A stretch of 64,000 nt of DNA from Salisapilia sapeloensis CBS 127946. Its lineage: Eukaryota > Protista > Oomycota. Below are positions 9,501 through 21,441 of this stretch, in pieces (the stretch's first letter is position 1; every line of letters starts with the position of its first letter). The position numbers and the translations under genes were made by a program. The stretch covers positions 1 through 64,000 of the forward strand of contig JAADVB010000074.1 in assembly GCA_023334545.1 (NCBI GenBank). The letters run 5' to 3'. The notes beneath the pieces are model-generated. The model did not search any database, was not told the origin of the DNA, and was given only the letters and a program-made list of their open reading frames with translations.

Positions 9501-11887
9501 ACGAGCGGAAGCATATAGTCGCCAAGGGAACTTACTGGCTGCTTTAAGAGACTACAACAAAATACGAATGCTTCAGCCAACGGATTCTTGGGCTCAGCTT
9601 CTCAGCGGGAAGGTTTTACTTAAATTGCGTAAGCCACGACCAGCTCTGTACAATTTTATCTCTTTCATGGAAAGCAGAGCAAGTGTAGAGGATAAACATC
9701 AGCAAAGCTGTCATGTGCTGTGTGGAAAGGCATATAACGTACTAGCTCACTACAGAAAAGCAGTCGAGGAGTTTAAGCATGCCGTTACCCTAAGTCCGAC
9801 GTCAGAGAACTTAGTCTTACTTTCCGAGTCGTTGCATTCCTTAGGTGATACAGAAAACTCGATGAAAGTGAGTGAAAGAGTAATTTCGATCGACCCAGAA
9901 AGTGATAAAGGATATATTCGTCGTGCCCAACTTTTGGTTTCTGTTGGTCGATTGACGGAAGCTTTGGTTGAATATTCGAAAGCCATTGAAATCTCGAGGA
10001 AAAACAGTTACGTATACTACGAACGAGGACTTGTTCGTAAGCTGCTGTACTTGTACTGGCGGAACCAGTACTCTGTTATGCACGCTTCGTCAAAAAAGAA
10101 CGAGAAAAGAAATCCGTTTTGCACTGCTGTCCCAGAAATTAATATATGCGAACGGAGTCTAATGGAAGAAGAGGATGAATCGGAAGTAGCTGGAAACAAC
10201 ATGAAGAAATTTTTCGCAGGCACCATTGCAGATTTATCTACGTCCATTCGGCTATTACCGCTGTCTGCAGCCGCATATGTTGACCGAGCAGAGATGTATG
10301 TGATAGCTGAGGATTTTGCAAAGGCATTCATGGACTTTGATTCGGCCATTGAGCGTGACCGTAAGTATAAGAGAGCACATGTCAATTTGGGCGTATTGAA
10401 ATGTCAGTTTGGCTCATTTGCATCCGCCATTGGGGATTTCGACCAGGTAGCTTTCTTTTCATTTGCATCTTGTGATCAGTCAGATACTTACTATCGTTTT
10501 GTCGCAGGCAATCAAGTATGATCCAGTCTCCGGCGTGGCTTATTTTAATCGTGGCGTATGCTATCAGAGATTATCTCTCTGGGAACAAGCGGATGCTTCG
10601 TACTCTACATGCATCGAACTCTTGTCCGATAGCTTGCGTGTAAATGCCTACCGTAACCGGGCTATAGTCCGTTGTGAAATTGGCAACTTCACGGGTGCTC
10701 TCGAAGACTTTGAATACGTCAGGCAGAGCGAACCTGGCGACGATCAGGTACAAAGTGGAATAGGATTAGCTCTTCTGCAATTGGGAAGAGATGAGGAAGC
10801 TGCCGAGTGCTTTACAGTATATGGAAAACAAAATCGAGATACTTACGCCGACAGTGGGAATGCATACTACAATATGGCAGCTACACAGTTGTCAAAGGTC
10901 AGCAAGCTAAAGCGGCGGGAGTATTTATCGAAAGCTATCCGGTTTTATGTCCGAGCTATTCGCTTTCAGCCGAACAGCATCGATTTGCGTTTAAATATTG
11001 CGAATTGTCTTCGAAAGATGAATGAGTTTACGAAAGCCATTGACCAGTGTCGGATGATCAATCGACTTGATCCTTTCGACCACAGGAGTATGAACGCTCA
11101 AGCGTTAGCTCTATATGATCATCGTAAGTACGCGAATGCGATTGAAAGTATGAATGGAGCTGTTCGAAGCTGCGTCGCTTCTTCTTCAGCACTCCGGAAT
11201 ATCTTTCATGCATTTTCAGGGGCGGAGATTTCCCGCAATGCTATAGAACACAAAGTAGTCACGTCACCGGTGCGCCAGAAAAAAGATGAGAGGAAAAGCA
11301 GCTTGGAAACAAGCGTATCATCAGAAGTTTCTAATATGACTGTCAATGGTTCAGCCAGGCAAACATTGTCCTACTACATGCTGAATCGCGGCATTTACTT
11401 TGAAAGGCTTGGTAACTTGGATGATGCACGAACAAATTATATGGATGCAATTCATTTCGACGCAATGTCTACGCATGCGCATGTTTGTTTAGGAAGTCTA
11501 GCGTTCTTAGAAAAGAAGTATGAAGACAGTATTAAGCGATATAAGCAAGCGTTGGAAGTAGACTCGAATTGTGTCGTAGCGATTATCAATCTAAGTGTGG
11601 TGTACTTGGTTTTAAGCGAATGGAGTGAAGCTGTGCGGTACTTAAACCTAGCAATTACAAAGGTGCCGTCGTGTGCCTATGCGTATGCAAACAGAGCGAT
11701 CGCAATGCAAAGGCTTGGGGAATTGTCCGAGGCAGAGGAAGACATATCTCGAGCCATTAAGATTATACCGACACAGCACGATTTCTATTTGGAACGAGCT
11801 AATATCATTGCGAGGCAAAAGCGACAACGAGATGCTTTATTAGATTATTCCACTGCACTCCATTTAGGATACGAAGGAAAACTGTAA
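6571..11887 (+). CDS. Very large TPR-repeat protein (~1750 aa; possibly TTC6-like) with low-complexity N-terminus
   Basis: ORFs 6550-10521 and 10463-11887 are joined in frame by intron 10447-10507 (gtagct...gtcgcag). Many TPR-like helix pairs (e.g. AYFNRGVCYQRL, AYANRAIAMQRLG). Confidence 0.85.
7329..7391 (+). repeat. 3 x 21-nt coding tandem repeat (SKPTVDA/SKPTADV/SKPTADV)
   Basis: aagcaaacccactgtcgatgc, aagcaaacccactgcagatgt, aagcaaacccactgcagatgt, seen directly. Confidence 0.9.
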
Positions 11888-11908
11888 AGATGAACGTTCC
11901 TCATCGTC

Positions 11909-13786
11909 TTAGCCGTAGCGAGCATCCTTGTCATTGAACCAGTCAAACTTTTCTTCTTCAAAGCCCAACACGACACTCTTCGATTGGGAGTACGCTCGAA
12001 GAGCCTCCATGCCATTCTCACGACTGCATAAATACATGAAGGGATTAGTAGTCGAACTCATGGTATTTATACTCAAATAAATGCATACCCGATCCCACTG
12101 TTCTTCATACCTCCCCACGGACTGGACGGGTCATTACGATGGTGATCATTCAACCATATTATCCCAGCATCTAGATGATGGGCGACACGATGACCTCTTT
12201 TCATGTCAGACGTCCACACAGCAGCTCCAAGGCCGTATACAGAGTCGTTTGCAAGCTTTATAGCTTCCTCTTCTTCCTACAACATCGCATGAATATATTT
12301 TCAAGTAGAGTACTTTTAATTACAAAAGTACTTTAAAGGAGTATGCAACGACGACTGGTCCAAAGACTTCTTCCTTCACGATTTCCATATCTGGCGTGAC
12401 ATTGGTGATCACGGTTGGTTCATAAAAGTATCCCTGTTCTGCCATCAGCAATCTCGGTGCAATTTTACTACTAAAACTTTGCTTACGGTAAGATGACTTG
12501 CACGCTTGCCTCCACATCGAATCGTAGCTCCTTGAACCTTTGCTCGTTGCACCATTGCGTCAATACGATTAAGGTGGTGCTGACTGATGACTGTCCCCAT
12601 CTGCGTGTTCATATCCATCGGATCTCCTAGTCGAAACTTGGATACTTTGTTCACCAGTTTGTTCACAAATGGTTCAAATACGTCTTCGTGTAGGAGGAGT
12701 CTCGACCCAGTTACACAGGTCTGTCCACTCGCAATAAAACAAGCAAATGCGGCGCCATCCACCACTTCATCGATGTTGATGTCGTCGAAAATGACGAGAG
12801 GAGCTTTTCCACCCAGCTCCATCGTCGAGCTAGCGAGGTTATATCCCGCAGCTTGTGCAACTTTGCGACCAGTAAATGTACTACCAGTGAAGTCCATTTT
12901 ATTAATGACAGGATGCTGTGCAAGAGTACTGCCGGTAACGGAGCCGTCACCAGGCACACAATTCAGAACGCCTGATGGAAGTCCAGCATTGTAGCAAAGT
13001 TCTGCCAGCTCCAATACGGTAAGCGGAGCTAATTCAGAAGGTTTCACGACGACAGAATTTCCGGCAGCAATCGCTGGAGCTATCTTTTTGACAGCAATTA
13101 AAAGTGGATGGTTCCAAGGCGTAATCTACGTTCGTGTGAATCACGAGACTAAATTTATAATACTACGAAATGAAGTGCTGCTTACTTGTCCGACAACGCC
13201 TAGAGGATGACGACGGACATAGTTGATATAGCTGCCCAAGAAAGGAGGTACAGATCCTTCGGATGTGCGGACTAGAGCTGCAAAGTATTCAAACCACTCT
13301 ACACAGTATAAAGAGCCTTGTGGTATTCGATCAGAATGAAAGATGAAAAGACAAGAATGGACCTGGAATACGACCTAGCTGAGCTCGCATTTCTCGGATC
13401 GGACGACCTGTCTGTAGACTTTCTTTTTCAGCAAACTCTGGAATACGAGCACGCAATGCTGTCGCGATGTCATGCAAAACTACAGCTCGATGGGTAGGAC
13501 CTGTCTTACTCCAGATCCCAGAATTGAAAGCTTCCTTTCCATTTAGGACAGCTCGATCTACATCTAAAGCAGTAGCAGACGCAACGGAAGCGATCTTCTT
13601 TGTCGTAGCAGGATTCTCAATTTCAAGCATCGTAGCGGCTGGACCACTAGACGACACTTGCTCACCATTGATGAATAGTCCATACTCGTCTTTAAAGCTG
13701 ATACTCGATGCATAAGAGCGTTTGAGTGAATGTAATGGCTTTATCCGAAAGAGAACGCGAGTTGAGATAGCAGAGGAGGACAGCAT
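11909..13786 (-). CDS. Aldehyde dehydrogenase (betaine-aldehyde/ALDH9-like), multi-exon, probable mitochondrial presequence
   Basis: Exonic ORFs carry FTGST, ELGGKAP, FIASGQTCVTGSR (catalytic Cys), EEVFGPV and SRENGMEALRAY. N-terminus MLSSSAISTRVLFRIKPLHSLKRSY is R/S-rich. Confidence 0.93.
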
Positions 13787-13879
13787 CGGTCGCAGGGTAT
13801 AATGATCTGCAGATCTGATAATAAGGGGGGTTCAAAGTTGCAGAATCTTGTCTGATTTTCTTTACTTTCTGATGCCGAC

Positions 13880-13995
13880 ATTTTGACCACCGGGTCGTGA
13901 TATTTTGGAGTCGGATATTACCATGGTAGGTATCTACGGGGGTACCTACCATGGATTATAGGACGAAAGAAATATAAGATTCCGGTGGCCAAAAT
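13880..13995. repeat. Nested symmetric inverted repeat (MITE-like or regulatory palindrome)
   Basis: Inner perfect 12-bp IR ccatggtaggta (13921-13932) / tacctaccatgg (13943-13954). Outer IR ttttgaccaccggg (13881-13894) / tccggtggccaaaa (13981-13994), 12/14 matched. Both arms are separated from the inner IR by exactly 26 nt. Confidence 0.6.
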
Positions 13996-14349
13996 ACCAG
14001 TGCTCAAGACATGAACTTGACGATTTTTGACAACTTTGACTCCCCCTATAATGGTAACGGATTAATTTAAAACGTAGTAGTTTGCTTATAAAAAGCATTT
14101 GTTTCAAGTTCGCTGTCCACAACTGTTAGACCAGTGTGCCGGTGGAAATCGCTTGTCGTAGTACAAATCTCTCCTTCGACATCGAATACAGAACTTCACG
14201 TTCGATTTCTAGCCTTTAATTCGCAAAATTGGCGAAGAGATAGCATAAGGTGAAGTGAACGGTTATTTCTGTTGCGCACTGTAGCATTAAGGTTTGACCC
14301 CCTAATCTTGAAAAGCCGCGGCTACTTATCACTTCAAGAGTCTTTTGCG

Positions 14350-14808
14350 ATGACCGAGTATATTTTCTTCCTTTGCTTGTTTTCACTGCGTACACATCAC
14401 TCCTTTTGAACTATGTAATAGTCGGATCAACGCAGCTCGTTTATTGAAAGAAGATTGGGAAGCACGAGAGTCGTTTGAACGCGTCCAATTCACTCTACTT
14501 CAGATTACCGAGTTCATGAATGCATTCTGTACGAACAACATGAAGCGTCAAAATTTTTAATAGGTTTTTGGAGATAATGATGCAGTATATATGTATCAGA
14601 TGACCAGACGCGCCATCAGCTAGGTATGCTTGGTTCAAGACTTGCAAGAGTAGAGCGCAATTTGAGGTAAAATACCTGCATTGTCGAGTGATACTAATGC
14701 ATTAATATTGTCCGATATCTACCACGTAAAAGCTATCTTGAGAGCTCCTCACATCCATCCCTGAATGCAGTATCCAATACTCGTCCACCTGAGCCTATAG
14801 ATACATAA
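14350..14808 (+). CDS. BRK1: BRICK1/HSPC300 subunit of the SCAR/WAVE complex (4 exons)
   Basis: Exons 14350-14357, 14422-14528, 14600-14666, 14733-14808 (introns 64/71/66 nt, GT..AG) give MTDRINAARLLKEDWEARESFERVQFTLLQITEFMNAFYDQTRHQLGMLGSRLARVERNLSYLESS..., matching the BRK1 pattern DW..RE.....I..F.N.F...R..L..L...L...ER...Y.E. Confidence 0.8.
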
Positions 14809-14814
14809 TCGTAT

Positions 14815-16905
14815 CTACAAAGCAGCTACTCGCTTACGTCCAGGAAGATGGAACGACTTGTACCGGTTTTGGGCTCTCTCTTTAGGTGGCAGCTTACGTT
14901 CAGCCATTTTAATAGATTGGATACCAGGAGATTCGAATGCAAGTTCGTTCGCCTCCTCAGTTTCTTCCATTTGCCCACTTTCATTGTTGTTAAACTCATG
15001 ATCTTGATCTTCAGTTGCATGCTTTAAGAGATAGTTTTTCATTTCATTTTCGATGACTTGAGGATCCACTTGATCGACTTTGATTTCTTCCGTATTATTG
15101 TCGCCAGTACTGACTTCCATAGGAGCTGGAGGTAATTGTCGCGGTGTCTGAGTTTCTGCTTGTACAACTATATTACTAGTCGAAGGTTCATTCAGTTCGA
15201 GATGATAGATTGGGTCCGTCCCACAGCTAACGAGAACTTTTGAGCGTTGTGTCGGCAAAACTCTGTCCAAGGTCGTGGATAAGGTGCTCGTACCAGCCGA
15301 GTTAGTATCCTTTGCTTTGTCCGACAACCCACTATCATTGATTTCTTTCCTCCTTTGATCACTTTTAAAACTTTTCTTTCTATCATTGTCATGAAGCATT
15401 TGCTTTACGTCTTCAATGCGTCTGACTACGTTTGCTTGAGCTTCTTCCATTTCACGAGGTGTAGCAATCTTCAGTAGGTTACCTACAAATCACACATTCG
15501 ATCAGTACTTTAATTCAAGAAACTACAGACAAGATGAGAGGTTACCATGACGTTCGAGTGGCTGCTGAAAGACTGGAGTGGGAGGTCGTGACGCAGATGT
15601 CGGCCGACTGCTTTGACTACTCTTGGGCCTGTTGATTGCCTTTGCTTTCTCTGCGGAAATAGCTTCTTCTTCTTCCTCTTTAGATTCACACAGAGTTTGC
15701 TTGAGTTTCGCATCGGTCAAGTCGTCGAGTGTCATCAAATTCGGGAAAGCAATTCCAATGTCCGATATGAAGCTACAGGAAAAAATCATGAGGTTCATCA
15801 GTACAAGTTTTGAGGACATAAGTACAACCTGTCAAGAGAGCAGCAAGGATTGCCCTTAACCCATAAATCTTGTAAATTTGACAATATCGATAGCACAGTA
15901 AGCGCTTCCACTTCTTCAAGGTCGTTGTTTCGTGCATCCAACGACTCAAGACTGGGACACAATCGAGCAAGCACCTGGACGTCGGATATATGATTTTCAT
16001 AAATGTAAAGTTCGTTTAGCTTGGGCAAGACGCTATTGATCCCGTCAAGGCTTTGGAGTTGATTTCCGTTTAGACGAAGAACCTAGCACTCAAAGACTTA
16101 ATGTACACCATCTGCTGGTCGTGAACTACCTAGTGCTTACGGACAGATTTGGTGGATATATCCCAGCTATAGAACCGAACTTGTTGTTGCCAAGGTCCAA
16201 TTCTTCAAGCTTGATCAGATGGAGCAAGTTTCCAATGCTGGTGAGATGATTGTCACTCAAATTTAGGTATTCGAGATTTACGAGGTTATCCAATCCCTAC
16301 AATTTATAATGACAAACATAGGTGCTCAGTTCATATTCCATCGATTTGGGATACTAGGTGGAACGTACTGATGCAGCAGACCCTTGCAACGCGTTTCGAC
16401 TCAAGTCCAAGTATGTTAGCAAGCGACAAGAGCGCAGATTGTCGACTGTCGAAAGCAGATTTCCATTGAGCCATAAGCTTTTAAGCTTGACCAAACTAAG
16501 TAAATCGGACGAGATTTCTTCAATTTGATTATCACCCAATAGAAGTACTTCCAAGTTTGTATTCCTGTCCATAGACTACATGAGCTTTCAAAGAAGTAGA
16601 GATTGATATATGTCAATGCATTTACTCCATCAGACCATCCATTGATGTTAACAGGTTGTTATAAAGCTTGCATTCTCGGAGCTGTTTTGCTGTCTTTAGT
16701 TTCTTTAATGACTTTATCTTATTGAAAGATACGTCAAGCGAGCATAACTTTGGCAGCTTTGTTCGCAAGGATATGTGTCAAGACATGCAACGATTTCATT
16801 ACATGAGTATAAAACAGTTACCTCACTTAGGTCGCCAAGCTCTTGAATCCCGCGATTATGGCCATCAATTGCATACTTACTAGAGTTTGGTTCCGAGGAC
16901 AGCAT
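14815..16905 (-). CDS. Leucine-rich repeat protein (Sds22-like LRRs) with long acidic/coiled-coil C-terminus, multi-exon
   Basis: Exons with LEVLLLGDNQIEEI, LKSLWLNGNLL, LTYLDLSRNAL, LNELYIYENHISD and LQDLWVKGNP (LRR cap). C-terminal ORF 14815-15450. Exact 3' end uncertain. Confidence 0.8.
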
Positions 16906-17347
16906 GACCTACACAGCCAGTAACGTTGCGCTCACTAAGCATGATCTTTATGCAAACGAATGAATTCAATGATATGGACGTACAAGTGTTGCACCATCGA
17001 GCTTTTCTATCTGACGCAAATTTTGACTGCGTTTACCTCGAATCTGGCTCATATTCGCTGACTCGAAGACAATCGATGATTACGAGTCCTTTCGACAAAA
17101 AGAAACCGTTTCATGTCTATATTCTGCACAGCGGCTAGTTGTGACTTATTACCCCACTCTACTACAATCTCCTACCAGAAGAAGCACTAACGTTGGACAG
17201 AGAACTAGGTGGTGTCCGACCAGACCGAGTCCGCGTCCTTGAAGGGCTCAACTTGAAGTTGTATTGAAGTTGTATTTTCAACCAATCGCACCGCTCGACT
17301 GCTACCTTCCAGTCACCAAAGCACGGACACTAAGCAGCATTGGCATT

Positions 17348-19074
17348 ATGAAGGTGAAAACAATCTCTCGTGCCGAGCAGGACTATACCAAGGAAGTATC
17401 TTCAGACAAGTCGAAAGTCTTTCGCAACTATGACCCTGCTCTGCACCCGTTTGAGCGACCGCGAGAGTACACGCGAGCGCTGAACGCGACGAAACTCGAC
17501 CGAGTGTTTGCCAAGCCATTCGTTGGGTCATTAGATGGCCATTGTGATGGTGTCAGCTCGCTCGCAACTAGCCCCAAATCTCTCGTTGCCTTTCTCAGTG
17601 GTGCCAATGATGGTGAAGTACGTGTGTGGGATTTACCGCATCGTCGTTGTGTCTGGTCCTGCTATGGCCATAGTGCAAGTGTACGAGGATTAACGGTCGC
17701 ACCGGACGGAGAATCCTTTTACTCGTGCAGTGAAGACAAGACTATCAAACGCTGGCCACTGCATATTCCTGACGGTGAAAGTGACGTCCCAACGGTATAT
17801 TCTACTCTGTTCGTGTCTTCTGCTGTGTCATTTACTCTTCTATGCTATAGCCACTAGCGACATTTACATCAAAGGAAGCATTCTTGTACGTTATCGAGTG
17901 ACTTTATGAGTGCATGCAGACGCTAATGTAACTGTATAGAGGGATAGACCATCATTGGGAGGACGATATTTTCGCTACATGTGGCTCGAGTGTCCAAGTG
18001 TGGGATCCGACTCGGTCGGAACCGATCCACAATCTGTCATGGGGCTCCGACTCGATCACGTCTGTCAAGTTTAATCCGTCTGAAACATCTCTGCTCGCGT
18101 CCACTGGATCAGACCGACAGATTACATTGCATGATACTCGTATGGCTTCTTCATTACGCAAAGTCGTGCTACAAATGCGTTCCAATGCCTTGGCATGGAA
18201 TCCGATGGAGCCTTTCAACTTTACTGCTGTACGCTCATCTACTGTCTAGCGTCTGTCTATACTCTCTCATGCTGTCTTATAGGCCAATGAAGATCACAAC
18301 TTGTATACATTTGATATGCGTAAGCTGAATCGAGCGCTGATGGTCCACAAGGACCATGTTTCTGCCGTGTAAGTCTCTATGATCGGTATGTACGTGAACG
18401 ATCTACTGACTGCTTTACATGACAGAATGGACGTGGCGTACTCGCCAACTGGCAAGGAATTTGTCTCAGGCTCGTATGACCGGACGATTCGCATCTTTAA
18501 CATCCGACAGACAAAGAGTCGGGAAGTGTATCATACGAAGCGGATGCAACGGTAAGTACTTGCCACCTACTGTATTCTGTGGATGTTTGTAAAGTGTTTG
18601 GCTCTAGTATCTTTTCGGTCAAGTTCAGTGCCGACTCGTCTTTCGTCTTGTCTGGCAGCGACGACACGAACGTTCGTATATGGAAGGCGCAAGCTTCGAA
18701 GAAACTTGGCAAGGTCGGCGTCTTATGATTTCATGTGGAAGAAATGGATGTTTCTGACAAGATGAGTAGATGGCTGCGCGAGAGCGTCGAAAGAACGAGT
18801 ACAACGACAGTCTCAAGGACCGATACAAGCACATGCGGGAGCTTCACCGGATTTCCAAGTACAACTTCCTTTTCTATCTGACGGTTGTATCTTTTGCTCA
18901 AGCAGACGTAGGCATCGTCATGTGCCGAAAGCCATCAAGAAGGCAGCGGACGCCAAGCGGGAGGCCAGCAGTCGCGAACAAGAGAAGACTGCAAACCGTC
19001 GTGCGCATGCCAAGGAAGGCACCGTGCCCTATGCCAATACTCGGGATGCCACCATATTGCAAGAATACGAATAA
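17348..19074 (+). CDS. DCAF13: WD40 protein DCAF13/Sof1 (U3 snoRNP/SSU processome), multi-exon
   Basis: MKVKTISR...RNYDPALHPFERPREYTRALNATKLDRVFAKPF, DVAYSPTGKEFVSGSYDRTIR and the Sof1 C-terminus RHRHVPKAIKK. Confidence 0.95.
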
Positions 19075-19384
19075 ACCAGATTTTGCATTTCAAATCGCAA
19101 GCCGGACATAGCTCCACCTGGGATCGACTGGCGTCAATTTTTCCTTCCGTTGCAGTTGCTGCTATCCCTCATCCGCGTTCGGCGTTATCAAATCGTTTCT
19201 CTTCACCTATCAACGGAAAGCCTCGTCGTTCTCTTCTTCCGTTCGTCTGAACCGAGGGATATACGCAAGCACCTGATTTAGGAGGCAGAAGGGGAGAAAA
19301 AGAGCGTTACATACGTATCGCGTAGTCTCTACCTCCATTCACATCCAAAAGTCCGACTGCGAAACACAACCAATAGATTCACGT

Positions 19385-21010
19385 ATGACGAAGTCTGCAC
19401 TCGAGCTCGCCGAGTCGTCCGAATGGGCTGCTTTACTTCGGATGCTCGATGCGCAATCCGAAGCGGCGGAGCAACTGGATGACTTTGGCATGATGGTGCT
19501 CCATTGGAGCTGTACGGATGCCCATGTCCCGCTACGGATTGTCAAAAAGCTCGTCGAAAGCTATCCCCCGGCCGTCCAGCATAAGAATAAAGGAGGCCTC
19601 TTGCCACTGCATATTGCGATCAAAGCACGAGCCAAGTTGGAAGTGCTACAGACACTCGCCAATGCCGACGACAGTTGCGTCGGCGAAGAGACACCGTCCG
19701 GAGAGACTCCGTCGGAACTAGCGCAGAAGTATTCTTTGTCACCGGCGATCGTGTCGTACTTGCAGACGATCGAGGATAAGCTAAGAGACGACGGTCGCAT
19801 GTCCAATCGACCGTCGTGGCGCATGCAATCCATGATGCTGAACTTACCGACCGGACCTGAAAAAACGCCAGAGGTAAGACAAACACCGGCGGTGCAAGCT
19901 AGCACACCGTTGCCGCCTCGATGGCGTCGAGACAAGACGTGTAACATTTGCCAGCTCAAATTTAACTACTTCAAGACCCGTCACCACTGTCGGAACTGTG
20001 GGGAATCAGGTATGTCTCCTTCTATCCCGCTTCTTGTTCCAAGAATGCTAATCTCTTGTCTAGTCTGTTCAACACATTCCAACCGGAAACTACCATTGCA
20101 GCACATGGCACTGCGCACACCTCAGCGCGTCTGTATATTATGCTATGACGAGTTGAATGAACATGGCGCAACGTCTGCTGTCGTGAATTTATATCCAAAC
20201 GGGACGGAAGGACATGCTAAACCACATAGCATGAGCTTCGAGTCGAAGCTCCGTCCAACGATTTCGACCAATTCGATGCATTCGACATCTACTGCCAATT
20301 CGTCTGCACAGTCTATCAGTCTATTACGTCGACAGGAGTCCTCGCCAGTGTTGCATCCAGATCAGAGTGTCCAGTCGCCAGAAGAGTTAAACAAGTATGG
20401 CGAGATGCAGGAACAAGTGAATGAGTTACAGGCACATGTGGATCAGTTGATGGCGACGAAAAAAAGGATTGAAAAGGCTCTGGCTGATACAGGCGAACAA
20501 CGAGAGAAGTCGACGAGTGTCGCGGAAGGAGATGTTCTAAAGAAGGGTCGGTTGTTAGATCTGTCGAACTTGAGGGTTAATCGACTTGGACGAGCTACGT
20601 CGCGTAGCGCCGACGAGTCAGAATCCGGATCGGCGAAAGAAAATCGCGACGAAGCATCCGTCTACAAGGGCTTTGGCGTCTCGCTTTTGGATCAAGGAGA
20701 TATCAACGGTGCAGCAGCCGAGTTCCGAAAGTCTGTTGCAGCGAATAGAAATGATTCGGAAGTCTGGTTTAACCTTGCACGAGCGTTGTACGCGCAAGGC
20801 GAACATGTCGATGCTGAAGTTGCGATTCGACAGGCGATTGAAATGAGTGAACGCAGTTATGCGGCCGTGACGTTACTAGGGAAGATTTTGTATTCAAGAG
20901 GAGATCATGACGCGAGTGCAGAGGCGTTTAAGGAGGCGCTGGGTCTGATGAACGATGAGGAAGAGTCTGACAGCGACGAGGATGTTGGGTCGACGACTGT
21001 CGGATGGTAA
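19385..21010 (+). CDS. Ankyrin-like repeat + FYVE + coiled-coil + TPR protein
   Basis: GMMVLHWSC / GLLPLHIAI / GETPSELA (ankyrin-like). CNICQLKF..FKTRHHCRNCGESVCSTHS...RVCILC (FYVE; removing the in-frame 54-nt intron 20010-20063 restores spacing). C-terminal TPRs (VWFNLARALY). Confidence 0.85.
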   Translation: MTKSALELAESSEWAALLRMLDAQSEAAEQLDDFGMMVLHWSCTDAHVPLRIVKKLVESYPPAVQHKNKGGLLPLHIAIKARAKLEVLQTLANADDSCVGEETPSGETPSELAQKYSLSPAIVSYLQTIEDKLRDDGRMSNRPSWRMQSMMLNLPTGPEKTPEVRQTPAVQASTPLPPRWRRDKTCNICQLKFNYFKTRHHCRNCGESGMSPSIPLLVPRMLISCLVCSTHSNRKLPLQHMALRTPQRVCILCYDELNEHGATSAVVNLYPNGTEGHAKPHSMSFESKLRPTISTNSMHSTSTANSSAQSISLLRRQESSPVLHPDQSVQSPEELNKYGEMQEQVNELQAHVDQLMATKKRIEKALADTGEQREKSTSVAEGDVLKKGRLLDLSNLRVNRLGRATSRSADESESGSAKENRDEASVYKGFGVSLLDQGDINGAAAEFRKSVAANRNDSEVWFNLARALYAQGEHVDAEVAIRQAIEMSERSYAAVTLLGKILYSRGDHDASAEAFKEALGLMNDEEESDSDEDVGSTTVGW

Positions 21011-21441
21011 CTTTAGGAATAAAGTCAAATTGGGGAACTATCCGTGTCATTTGCACTTGCGTCATATACGAGTGCTGCAAGTCGGTCCGTCTACGGAGAA
21101 CGATGCAGCAAGATGCTGTGGTAGCGAAGGTGATGACTCAAGGATAGTTCCATCCACTTTGTGCCAGCTACGTAGTCTAGACAGGAGAAGTCGTCGGCTC
21201 TTGGCGTTCATATGAACGATGAAGACATATAAGGAGTATTTGCTGGTACGGCAAACGAATGGATGATTTTTATTTTACGCATACGAGGACGTGGAATCGC
21301 AGGAGACGAGCGTGATCATAAGGAAGAGATATGTAAAGAGAAAAATAAGATTACAAAAAATCCTTGTTCATACATGTGCGGAGGTAGATTTTATGTCGGA
21401 GAATGACGCAAAAAGAAATGGTCGCACGACAGTGGAGAAGA

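Noticed and set aside
10463-11887. 474-aa ORF as an independent TPR gene
   Set aside because: A 61-nt GT-AG intron (10447-10507) joins it in frame to the upstream TPR ORF.
13804-13815. 12-bp perfect palindrome gatctgcagatc (similarly tatatcgatata near 44851)
   Set aside because: Loop-less 12-mers are expected many times by chance in 64 kb.
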